This document shows, piece by piece, positions 32,434-40,517 of a DNA stretch of 64,000 nucleotides. Source of the stretch: a virus. Position 1 is the first letter of the stretch. The number at the start of each line of letters is the position of its first letter. Under the pieces are notes generated by a model, which was given only the letters and a program-made list of their open reading frames with translations, did no database searches and was not told where the DNA came from. Both the position numbers and the translations under genes were made by a program. Location: IMG/VR virus record IMGVR_UViG_3300034103_002674, positions 6,301 to 70,300 of that record; one strand, given 5' to 3'.

Positions 32434-33884
32434 TATTCGGCGCAGGCAGCGCAAAAGCCAGCCTCTAAATTGCAAGACGCAGAAGATCCATCAGCTTCAG
32501 ACTCTTCGTCTAAGCCAAACATGCTCTTAAAATCGTCGTCCAATGCAGCGTATGCATCATCCTTGCGCTGAGTATCAGGCAGGACTTGCAGGCTGTAATA
32601 GAGGCTCGTCTGAGAAGATTCTAGCCAATCGCGAAGGAATGCTTCGTCGTAAATGACCATATCGCTCCACGAATTAAACGAATAACCATGGAAGAGGCCA
32701 GTGCGTTGATAAAGCGAAACAATGCCATCAGCAACGCGCTTGTAGTTAGCCCAACCCACTTCAGCAGCAATTTCTACATCACCATAGTCAAACGTTTCCA
32801 CGCCAAAAGTGCCAGAATCCCGGTCAACAATGCGGCCAATGGGAGGAGCAATTTCAGGAGCAGTGGTAAAGCCGCGAGTGTCTAGATAACGATAGGAACA
32901 CGATGCAGTGGGAGCAATGCAAAAGGCACGTTCCATGCCATGCTCACGGGCAATTTCAGCCGCTTTTTGAATGCCTTGGTCTAATTGCCATACTGCTTCG
33001 CCAGCTACAGTCTCTTTCCACTGCTCAAACCATGCACGAGGATCCTCGGCCAGGAATGCATTCAATGCATAGCCAAAATCCTCATAGCTAATGCCATGGA
33101 TGGCAAGGAAATTAGCCAAGCCCAGCACGCCTAAGCCAATTTGTTTATCAATGGTGGGAGAAAGATATTCTCCGGTGTCGCCAACGCCAGTATTGGGATG
33201 GAGATCAACTAGCTGCTGCATGCCTTCAATAAAGGCTCCTTGCAAATTATCAAAATTACAGGCGCCGAGATTTACATGCTGCAGCAAACAAGTGCCACGA
33301 TGCGGAAGATAAACTTCGAGGCAGACATTTGCCCGAATCCGCTCTCCTTTCGCATTGAAACGAATCTTGTTCAACCAAATATCACCATTACCAATTCCCC
33401 TCAGCAATGCATCGATAAATTCTTGAGAACTATTCTCAATAAACTTCTCGTCTACATTGATGCAACGTTTCACCCAAGGCAGTTCACTTCGCGAAGCATT
33501 AATAAATTCCAATGCATCGGGGCAGTCGTAATCAAGATGAAGCACTATCGCCCCATTTTTGTAGACACCCCCCCTGCGCAAAATTTCATTAAGCGTGGAA
33601 TAAATCTTGCCAAAACTTACTGGTCCACTTGCCACCAGGCCCTTGCCATTTTCAGCATTCCTTTCACGGAGAGAAGAAAGATGAATAGCGACCCCCGCAC
33701 CATTGCGCAAGCCGTGGCTAACAAACCGCCAAGATGCTTCAATACCATCTGGTCCCTCCATTGAATCTTCTACGTTGAAAACCGTGCAGCTTACAGCGAG
33801 ACGACCTTCTGGGCTATCCATCCAATCTTGCACTCGCCCGGTACGGGCAATCGGAGTGCATTTTGCTTTTTCTTTCAGGCTCAT
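32433..33884 (-). CDS. nrdA: Ribonucleotide reductase alpha subunit (minimal cyanosipho/podovirus type)
   Basis: 'VSCTV', 'ANVCLEV', 'CLLQHVNL', 'IAPTASCS', 'TSLYY', C-terminal CxxC. Confidence 0.9.
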   Translation of the reverse strand: MSLKEKAKCTPIARTGRVQDWMDSPEGRLAVSCTVFNVEDSMEGPDGIEASWRFVSHGLRNGAGVAIHLSSLRERNAENGKGLVASGPVSFGKIYSTLNEILRRGGVYKNGAIVLHLDYDCPDALEFINASRSELPWVKRCINVDEKFIENSSQEFIDALLRGIGNGDIWLNKIRFNAKGERIRANVCLEVYLPHRGTCLLQHVNLGACNFDNLQGAFIEGMQQLVDLHPNTGVGDTGEYLSPTIDKQIGLGVLGLANFLAIHGISYEDFGYALNAFLAEDPRAWFEQWKETVAGEAVWQLDQGIQKAAEIAREHGMERAFCIAPTASCSYRYLDTRGFTTAPEIAPPIGRIVDRDSGTFGVETFDYGDVEIAAEVGWANYKRVADGIVSLYQRTGLFHGYSFNSWSDMVIYDEAFLRDWLESSQTSLYYSLQVLPDTQRKDDAYAALDDDFKSMFGLDEESEADGSSASCNLEAGFCAACAE

Positions 33885-33961
33885 GAGACGACAAAGCCCC
33901 GCTCAGCGGGGCACGATCAACTTAGGAAGGCTAGCGTAAACGCCCTTTTCCAAGGGCTTTC

Positions 33962-34102
33962 TTAAGGAAGACGACATAACCAAATGGCATGCCAAGTGCC
34001 AGCCATCAATGCAGCGCCAAGTAGGCCCGACCATAGTGCCACGCGCAGCTCATGCTCACGAATGGAACGATGGACAAAAGCTTTCATTTCTTCTTCAGTC
34101 AT
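33962..34102 (-). CDS. Small membrane protein (46 aa)
   Basis: Hand-translated MTEEEMKAFVHRSIREHELRVALWSGLLGAALMAGTWHAIWLCRLP; start overlaps the upstream stop. Confidence 0.55.
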   Translation of the reverse strand: MTEEEMKAFVHRSIREHELRVALWSGLLGAALMAGTWHAIWLCRLP

Positions 34103-34293
34103 TAGTCGCAAAGATTTTCAGCATCTTCCATGGAGAGACGATCTTTAATAAAAAGCTTCGCCTCGTTCAAAGTACGGAAATAATAAGGAGCACCATCTAT
34201 CGCTGCAAACCATTGAAATTCTGGCTTGCTGAAACATGGCCATAGCTTATAGGGACCATAGTTAAATGGCTGGCGTTCTGGCAAACCAAACAT
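34102..34293 (-). CDS. Hypothetical protein
   Basis: MFGLPERQPF..., aromatic-rich 63 aa. Confidence 0.55.
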   Translation of the reverse strand: MFGLPERQPFNYGPYKLWPCFSKPEFQWFAAIDGAPYYFRTLNEAKLFIKDRLSMEDAENLCD

Positions 34294-34479
34294 GGCAATA
34301 GTCCGTAGTTTTACCACGCTAGTTCTTATTGCAAACTGTGCATGCATTATTTAATACATTCTTCAGCAAACCAGCATCCACTGCTTGAATCCTTAAGAAA
34401 TTGTGAAGATTTTTAGGCTTTTGTATCACAGTGATACGGAAAAAGCCACATTTAAGCCACAGGCCGAGATACGATTACC

Positions 34480-34776
34480 GTAAGCGGAGCACACGCCAAG
34501 CCCGGCTCCTCCCGCTTAGTCCCTCCCGGACATCTCTCCTCCAACGGAGCGCCCTAAGCGCGAAGTGACGGACAAAAAGGCTAGACCAGCCCCGATGTCC
34601 TAGTAGCGGAGTCCCCCCAAAGGGACGGAGCCTCTCCATCGAGGGGCAAATTTCAAAAAAAGCTGTGTCAGTCTTATGTGATGACACGGCCAAGCTATGC
34701 GCAGCTTCTGAGAAAAGCTAAAAACAGGCAATTTCTATCTTTAAAAGCTTGAACGGCGGCTTTGGGCCGCCTTTTT
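34480..34776 (+). ncRNA. Candidate structured RNA or origin region
   Basis: -10-like TACGAT at 34470, at least four helices, then a GC hairpin with T5 at 34755-34776; no credible ORF. Confidence 0.4.
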
Positions 34777-34954
34777 GTTGAGAACAATGGAAAGGAAAAT
34801 GCGCGATTTTGTGCGTCATTACGACGGCTTTGGGCCGTCTCCATTGGAGAAGCTAATCGCCTGAAATGCCTCAAGCGGCGTCCTGCGGACTTGCTTTCGG
34901 CATAGTGCCACTAGCTTTTTGCTCGTTAATATTGTCCAAGATTTTTGCGCATTC

Positions 34955-35335
34955 ATGAACTACGACCACGATTATGATCGCCAAAATCCAGTGATGCGCC
35001 AAACAAAAGATATGGTCGCTAAAGCCAGAACACGAGCAAAAGATAAAAATATCCCCTTCGATATTGACCTTCCTTATATTCGCTCAATAGTCCCTTCTCA
35101 TTGCCCAGTATTTAATATTCCCTTGGAATGGTCACGACGACGTGGCGTTGGCCCCGTTGCTCTCTCTAACAGCCCTTCCCTGGATCGCATTGATCCAGAA
35201 CGTGGTTACGTCAAAGGCAATGTATGGATTATTAGCTTTAAGGCAAATCGCATTAAAAACGATGCCTCTCACGAAGAGCTAAAACTAGTCACAGAAGCCG
35301 TAGGACGCGCTATCACTAATTCGCTTGATTGGTAG
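34955..35335 (+). CDS. HNH-like (His-Me finger) endonuclease
   Basis: 'HCPVF...PSLDRIDPERGYVKGNVWIIS..AN..K'. Confidence 0.8.
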   Translation: MNYDHDYDRQNPVMRQTKDMVAKARTRAKDKNIPFDIDLPYIRSIVPSHCPVFNIPLEWSRRRGVGPVALSNSPSLDRIDPERGYVKGNVWIISFKANRIKNDASHEELKLVTEAVGRAITNSLDW

Positions 35336-35501
35336 ATATAAACACTGGGGCAAAAAAGCAGGTGAAAAATGGCTCCACTTTTCGGAGCGTATACCGCAGC
35401 CCCACAATTTAAATTTGCCGTACTATCGCGCCAGGGCTCAAACGTCAAGCGTTTATCACAATATTTTACGTGGCGGATTGTTGCAAAGCTTAATTTTATT
35501 G

Positions 35502-35518
35502 TTGAGAATCGTTCTCAA
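35502..35518. promoter_or_regulatory. Fur-box-like palindrome at the left edge of the GC-rich island
   Basis: TTGAGAA-TCG-TTCTCAA. Confidence 0.5.
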
Positions 35519-35654
35519 TAAGCTATTAATCCCTCCACGCCACCAAAGCAAAGCGCCCACCTAGCAGCAGGGGCCATCAGCAAAGGCCACCCTATGGGCC
35601 AGCAGCAGGGCCAAAGCGGGGGCCAGGCAGGGTAGGGGCAGGCAGGCAAAGCAA

Positions 35655-35679
35655 AGCCCCCAGGGGCTGCCTGGGGGCT
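35655..35679 (-). terminator. Terminator-like hairpin ending the island operon
   Basis: AGCCCCCAGG-N5-CCTGGGGGCT, followed by TTGCTTT on the - strand. Confidence 0.55.
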
Positions 35680-35696
35680 GGAGAGGCTAGGGGCTG

Positions 35697-35828
35697 TCAG
35701 TCAATCTCCCACCAAGGCTCTAGGTCTTCAGGGTCCGGCTGATGATCCTCTGGCAGGCCCTGAGCTTCCAACCACTCGGCCAGTTCGGCCTCGCGATCCT
35801 GCCAAAGCGGGGGCTGTAGGGGCAGCAT
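35697..35828 (-). CDS. Small acidic protein (43 aa)
   Basis: MLPLQPPLWQDREAELAEWLEAQGLPEDHQPDPEDLEPWWEID, starting 2 nt after the upstream stop. Confidence 0.5.
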   Translation of the reverse strand: MLPLQPPLWQDREAELAEWLEAQGLPEDHQPDPEDLEPWWEID

Positions 35829-35830
35829 GA

Positions 35831-37411
35831 TCAGGCTCCCATCAGAGAAAAGCAAGCAAAGCCACCACCGGCCAGGGGCTGCCATCGGCCAATAACGGGG
35901 GCCAGGCTGAATGCATCGGCCTCCGGCCCTTTGCCCCTGCTGCGCTTAGTGCGCAGCAGCACAGCCACGCCATCAAAGCCATCGTGAGGGCCTGCAGGGT
36001 CGGCCCATCGATGGTCTGTAGTGTCGCCATCAATGCAACGCAGCATTGTGATGGGGCCGCCTTGGCGGGGCTGCAGCAGCAGGGCCGGGGGCAGGGTCTG
36101 GCCCTTTGCAAAGCTGGCAGGTACGGCCAGGCGGAACCCAGCGGCCACGGCCTGCAGGGCCTGATCGATGCCGCGGGGCCTGTCAGCAGCCAGGGATGCC
36201 GTCACGTCAAAGCCAGCACTGGCCTGGGCCTGCAGGCCGTGGGGGCCTGCCACGGGGGCTTTGCTGTACTCATAAAAGTGCAGAGCGCCGGCAGGGGCCA
36301 GGCTCAGGGCCTCTGGCAGCGTCATGCCCTGGCCAGGGGCTACGGGCAGGCCGTAACGGCGGGCCAGGCTTTGGGCTTCTGCTGCTGACACGTCAAAGCG
36401 CCAAAGGTGGACGGGGCTGTCGTCTGTGCCGCGCAAACGAACGGCCAGGGGCAGCCCTTTGGCCTGGGCTTGGCGGTAGGAGCGGGCGATGGCCCAAAGC
36501 ACGGCCCTGGCGTAGGTGCGCCCATCGGCGAGCATCGCAAGCGTGCGGCGGGCACGGGCAGCGGCCACATTGGTGCTCATCCCGCCATGGCCAGCCCAGG
36601 CCAGGCAACCAGCGGCACAGCCAGCAGACGCCCAAGGGCAGCCGTTATGGGCCAGGGCCAGGCTTAGGACGTTCTCACGCTCAGCCAGGGCCTGCAGGCC
36701 GTCGATCCGGGAGCGTGGGGCCGTAGGGCCGGCCTTGGGGCCAGCTACGGCCTGGGCCAAGGCTTTGGCGGGCAAGTGGTGGAGAATGACGGGCCAGGCC
36801 AGGGCTTTGCCCTTTGCCAGCTTTGCATTGGAAGCGCCAACAGTCAGCAGGCCGTCAACAGCCAGGCCAAAGCGGGCTAGGTGGGCTTTTACGTCAGCGG
36901 GCACTGCGGCGGGGGCCGTCTTACGGGCAGCAGGGCCAGCGGGCACGATGGGGGCAAAGCTTGCGGGCTCAGCCTCCCACTTGCGGCTCAGATCAGTCAA
37001 AGCGGCGAGCATCTCATCGGCCACACGTTCAGCAGGGCTGACAGGGGCAGGGCTGCAGCCCAAGGCTGCGGCCACGTGAGGAGCCATGGCTGGCTTGCCC
37101 TTTGCAGCACGGGCACGCAAGCGGGCAGCGGCGCTGGCTTTGCCTGCAGGGCTCACGCGCCAGTGAGCGTGGTGGATGCTCAACAGGCAAGCGGCCACGT
37201 CAGCCAGGTTTCGACAAAGGTCGGGGCCGGCGGCGTGGTTGACGCTATAGCCGTGGGAAGTAGTGGCGATGGAGACGGGCAGGGCAAGGGCTTTGGCGGC
37301 CTGGCTCACGCTTGCAAAGGTGGGCCGTTTGAGGCCGGCATCCTTGCAAGTGCCCTGGCTCACGTGGCCCAGGTAGTTGGCGGCGGTGGCGGGAATAGTA
37401 GTGGCGGGCAT
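35831..37411 (-). CDS. GP88-like protein with an Ala-rich N-terminal extension
   Basis: 'NAKLAK...CPWASAGCAAGCL...GHG...AVRLRGTDD...FYEYSK...IDGDTTDHR..D....AVLLRTK' matches the phage gene-product-88 pattern. Confidence 0.7.
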   Translation of the reverse strand: MPATTIPATAANYLGHVSQGTCKDAGLKRPTFASVSQAAKALALPVSIATTSHGYSVNHAAGPDLCRNLADVAACLLSIHHAHWRVSPAGKASAAARLRARAAKGKPAMAPHVAAALGCSPAPVSPAERVADEMLAALTDLSRKWEAEPASFAPIVPAGPAARKTAPAAVPADVKAHLARFGLAVDGLLTVGASNAKLAKGKALAWPVILHHLPAKALAQAVAGPKAGPTAPRSRIDGLQALAERENVLSLALAHNGCPWASAGCAAGCLAWAGHGGMSTNVAAARARRTLAMLADGRTYARAVLWAIARSYRQAQAKGLPLAVRLRGTDDSPVHLWRFDVSAAEAQSLARRYGLPVAPGQGMTLPEALSLAPAGALHFYEYSKAPVAGPHGLQAQASAGFDVTASLAADRPRGIDQALQAVAAGFRLAVPASFAKGQTLPPALLLQPRQGGPITMLRCIDGDTTDHRWADPAGPHDGFDGVAVLLRTKRSRGKGPEADAFSLAPVIGRWQPLAGGGFACFSLMGA

Positions 37412-37449
37412 GGCTTTAGAGGGTGTGGGGTTGACGGGATGAGAGGGAA

Positions 37450-37614
37450 TCAGCGGCCGCTGATCTGCAGTAGGCAGGCGTCAGCGCTTGCGCCGGTAGC
37501 GCGGCAGGCGACGAAGCGGCGCTGATCATCCACGGCAAGCGAGGCCGTGAAAAGGGCCAGGAGAGAACCACCGAACAGCGCGGCGAGCTTGGCGGTGATG
37601 GTGAGAGCGGGCAT
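37450..37614 (-). CDS. Small exported or membrane protein (54 aa)
   Basis: Hand-translated MPALTITAKLAALFGGSLLALFTASLAVDDQRRFVACRATGASADACLLQISGR. Confidence 0.55.
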   Translation of the reverse strand: MPALTITAKLAALFGGSLLALFTASLAVDDQRRFVACRATGASADACLLQISGR

Positions 37615-37945
37615 GGCTTAGTCCGTTGATCGAAGGGCTGGCTCGCGCCAGGCCCCCAGATTGCCAAGCACAAGGGCCAAAGCTCAGGGCAACTAGGCCG
37701 GTGCCAAGGGTGGCCCACTAGCTAGAGGCTTTGGGCTGCTGGCGATGGTAGGGGCCGCTGCCTGCAGGCCCGTGCCAAAGCAAAGAGAGACGATCGCAGG
37801 CGCGCGTATCGCATCGCAGGCCCTTGCGTCAACCCTGGGGCGGGCCAGGCCGTCGATTGGCACAAGCAAGGGCAAAGGGCCAGGGCTGTTAGCACGGCCG
37901 GGGGCAAACGGCGCAAATATTGCGAAACCTTACAAAAGGTCAGAA

Positions 37946-37961
37946 TGTAGCAACGGATACA
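37946..37961. promoter_or_regulatory. NtcA-box match
   Basis: TGTA-GCAACGGA-TACA, an exact TGTA-N8-TACA. Confidence 0.6.
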
Positions 37962-38006
37962 GACAAAGGAGCCGCTGTGACAGCAGGCAGGATTGTCACA
38001 CGCTAA

Positions 38007-38030
38007 CGGCGCTGCTGATCAGCAGCGCCG
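38007..38030. repeat. Perfect 24-bp palindrome
   Basis: CGGCGCTGCTGATCAGCAGCGCCG. Confidence 0.95.
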
Positions 38031-38034
38031 CCCG

Positions 38035-38081
38035 TCACGATCCGCACCGCATGGCCTCCGGCGTTCACGATCCGCACCGCA
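38035..38081. repeat. 17-bp direct repeat, two copies
   Basis: TCACGATCCGCACCGCA at 38035 and 38065. Confidence 0.9.
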
Positions 38082-38235
38082 GGGCCAGCGTGATCACGAT
38101 CAGCAGCGCTTGCGCCGGCTTGATCACGTTCCGTATCGGCAGGGCAGGCCATCGCGATACGTACCGCCATCGTGTGACAGTGCCGGATTGGCACAAGCAC
38201 GCCTGTACTATAGTGCGCCTGTACTATTATGCCTG

Positions 38236-38253
38236 TATGCGCATATGCGCATA
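38236..38253. repeat. Perfect 18-bp palindrome
   Basis: TATGCGCATATGCGCATA. Confidence 0.95.
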
Positions 38254-38290
38254 TCACCATATCGCTATATGATCATATGCGGCAAGGCGC

Positions 38291-38313
38291 ATAATGAAAA
38301 CGATTCTCATTAT
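38291..38313. promoter_or_regulatory. Fur-box-like palindrome at the right edge of the island
   Basis: ATAATGAAAACGATTCTCATTAT; its reverse complement contains TGAGAATCGTTTTCA, one mismatch from the core of the 35502 site. Confidence 0.55.
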
Positions 38314-38345
38314 CATTCCCACGCGGGAAAAATCGACCAGGGGCC

Positions 38346-38412
38346 TGATACGCCGCTAGCCGGACCCTTGATACGACCCTAGCCGGGTCTTGATACATTT
38401 CTAGCCGGGTCC
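38346..38412. repeat. Tandem 22-23-bp iteron-like repeat, three copies
   Basis: TGATAC-N4-CTAGCCGG units at 38346, 38369 and 38391. Confidence 0.85.
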
Positions 38413-38450
38413 AATACAAAGCCAGCGGGATCCTACCAACCATGACCATC

Positions 38451-38476
38451 AAAAGCCGCCTTTAGGGCGGCTTCTT
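38451..38476. terminator. Intrinsic terminator, possibly bidirectional
   Basis: AAAAGCCGCC-TTTAG-GGCGGCTTCTT. Confidence 0.7.
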
Positions 38477-38587
38477 CGCTGGCAAACGGTCCTCCTACAA
38501 AACCTTCATCATCATCAGCATAGAAATACCAGCCTTCCACAAGTTCTGTGCCTTTGCAGCAATCTTCAGAAAAGAAATCAACGAGGA

Positions 38588-38998
38588 TCACGAGAATTCT
38601 CCAATGATGTAATCAAAAGGCCCTTCACCATGACCTATGCAATGCCCTGCAAGTAAAGTATGCCTGGCGAGGCCATAAGGCCCTATTTCTGCATAATTGT
38701 CTTTTAACCATTGTTTATCAAAGAGTTTATCGGGCTTTCCGCTCCTGTCCCAGACAATGGAGAAGAATTTTCCATTGCCAACAAAGTCTCCGTATTCATC
38801 TCTTATTTCATGGTGATGATCTTGCGTTAAATAATCAATGCGGCTCCATAGTTGCTGCCAATTGTTGATGCCATCTTCTGGATAGACATGGAGACCAAAG
38901 CACCAGCCGTAAGAGCTTTTACCAAGATGCAAAGGAGGCTCTTCTTCTTTGCCGCAATGAGGGCATTTAGGAGCGTGAAGATAGTAGTTGCAGCCCAT
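38588..38998 (-). CDS. Hypothetical phage protein
   Basis: 'MGCNYY...CPHC...LHLGKSSYGWCF...IRDEYG'. Confidence 0.65.
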   Translation of the reverse strand: MGCNYYLHAPKCPHCGKEEEPPLHLGKSSYGWCFGLHVYPEDGINNWQQLWSRIDYLTQDHHHEIRDEYGDFVGNGKFFSIVWDRSGKPDKLFDKQWLKDNYAEIGPYGLARHTLLAGHCIGHGEGPFDYIIGEFS

Positions 38999-39297
38999 TA
39001 TTTCATTACCTCCTGAAGCCTGTTCCACATCCATTGTTCCTTGGTATCAGGGCGCATCAGCTCATAGCCTTCATGATCAATGATGGCATCACCAGCGCTG
39101 TCCACATGGCCCTCTAGATCCCGCCTCCAGATGCCCTTGCAGGAGCCTTCTTCGTTAAAGATGGCAATAGTATCCTCCCGGTCCTCCATGGCAAGCCTGA
39201 CGTGGAAGAGAAGGTCTCTTAAGCGGGCCGCTTGGTAGCGGCCCTTGCTGGGAGGAAAATACGGGCCGTTGTCTTGGAAAGTGGCAATGGTAAGCAT
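38998..39297 (-). CDS. Hypothetical protein
   Basis: 99-aa ORF in a tightly packed operon. Confidence 0.6.
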   Translation of the reverse strand: MLTIATFQDNGPYFPPSKGRYQAARLRDLLFHVRLAMEDREDTIAIFNEEGSCKGIWRRDLEGHVDSAGDAIIDHEGYELMRPDTKEQWMWNRLQEVMK

Positions 39298-39300
39298 GGT

Positions 39301-39486
39301 TCAGTCCTCGATAATGCGAAAATCAGGATCGTTGTTGCGTTGTATCCACCTGCATTGATTTAGCTCGGGAAAAACAACGAAAAGCTTATCGTGATGATCC
39401 TGTTCAACAATGGCAGTGGTAAGCTTAGTGCCAATGCGGCTTTTGCCTTTCTTTGAAATGGCAAGGACGTTAATTGCATGCATCAT
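39301..39486 (-). CDS. Hypothetical protein
   Basis: 61 aa 'SKKGKSRI...RWI....DPDF'. Confidence 0.6.
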   Translation of the reverse strand: MMHAINVLAISKKGKSRIGTKLTTAIVEQDHHDKLFVVFPELNQCRWIQRNNDPDFRIIED

Positions 39487-39713
39487 GCTGCCTCTTTGGC
39501 CCAGCGCTCGATAGTGGCAACGATTTTGTCGCTACTTGGATCGATAAGGCGAGAAGATACAAGCTCAGTGCGAGACAGAGAAAAACTACCGTCCGGGGCC
39601 TTGATCAGGAAAGAAGCAGCAGGCAAAGCCATGAGATCACCAGGCTTGCTATCCACCATGAAACGTGATACGTCCCACAGAAGGTTTTCTTTGAAAGAAG
39701 GAGAGAAAGTCAT
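39483..39713 (-). CDS. Hypothetical protein
   Basis: 76-aa ORF with an ATGA overlap. Confidence 0.55.
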   Translation of the reverse strand: MTFSPSFKENLLWDVSRFMVDSKPGDLMALPAASFLIKAPDGSFSLSRTELVSSRLIDPSSDKIVATIERWAKEAA

Positions 39714-39885
39714 TGCTGAAATTAAAGAGAAAGAATGCGACGATGAAGAAGCTTCACGCGATGTGCATATGATTCGGACTCACTAAAGTCAGAATCTTTG
39801 TCAGCTTCCAGATTCTTCAAAGCATCATTAACCATGGAAGCGAGGATGGCGGCTTCTTGATTAGAGAGAGAAATGGTTTTCATGA

Positions 39886-40149
39886 TCAGGCGAGTTTGGT
39901 GTAGACGAAGGTGACGTTGCGGATGGAAGGGTTGATATCTTGCCAGCTTTGGAGGTAGTAAGCAGTAGCGGGGACGACATACATGCCGAAGTTGCTTACG
40001 GGAGGCTCTTCGTGAAATTTGGAGAGCAATTGAGTGGTTTCCTTGGTGCAATGCTCAGCAACGGTGCCGTCTTGGAAATGGAGCATTTCCTTCACTTTGA
40101 AGCGGCCAGAAGGGCCGCTGTGCTGGCTGTAATCCACGGGGTAGGTCAT
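39886..40149 (-). CDS. Hypothetical protein
   Basis: MTYPVDYS..., downstream of the sigma70 promoter at 40191-40219. Confidence 0.55.
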   Translation of the reverse strand: MTYPVDYSQHSGPSGRFKVKEMLHFQDGTVAEHCTKETTQLLSKFHEEPPVSNFGMYVVPATAYYLQSWQDINPSIRNVTFVYTKLA

Positions 40150-40190
40150 GGTCTTGCAGAGGGTGGGACTCGCGTCCCTCAACGAAATCA

Positions 40191-40219
40191 AAATTAGTTC
40201 ATTTCCAGGCGGGTGTCAA
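40191..40219 (-). promoter_or_regulatory. Sigma70-type promoter
   Basis: TTGACA-N17-TAATTT. Confidence 0.7.
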
Positions 40220-40477
40220 GCCCTGTTGCTTTTCTTCATAATTGCTCTTGCCATGGCGCATGATCCAGCCCGTGTAGTGCTGGGCGGAGCGATCCACGAT
40301 GATCAGACCTTTGCGCTCTAGGGCCACAAGGGCATTGAGATAGTCATCGATGCGAGAGGCAGTGGTAGGGATTTTGGGAACAAAGCATGGTGCATGCTTG
40401 TTGCGTTTTTGATGAGCGAGGAAATAGTGATAGATATTGCGCTGGTTAATGGAAAGACCGAGAGGAAGAGAAGTCAT
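40199..40477 (-). CDS. Winged-helix-like hypothetical protein
   Basis: 'NQRNIYHYF...LVALERKGLI'. Confidence 0.5.
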   Translation of the reverse strand: MTSLPLGLSINQRNIYHYFLAHQKRNKHAPCFVPKIPTTASRIDDYLNALVALERKGLIIVDRSAQHYTGWIMRHGKSNYEEKQQGLTPAWK

Positions 40478-40517
40478 GATGAAGAAAGAAGAGAAGGAAG
40501 CTTGCGCCTCCTGGTGA

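Noticed and set aside
34423-34437. NtcA box
   Set aside because: The spacing is GTA-N9-TAC rather than N8; kept only as an unassigned palindrome.
37976-38000. CRP site
   Set aside because: The TGTGA...TCACA spacing is 15 nt rather than 6.
35842-38382. Many overlapping alternative ORFs in the GC-rich island
   Set aside because: These are expected from stop-codon scarcity at high GC; only the frames with a GP88-like motif or operon-like spacing were kept.
38346-38412. Tandem repeats as a mini-CRISPR array
   Set aside because: The units abut with only about 4 variable nt, there are no spacer-length unique sequences, and no cas operon is present.
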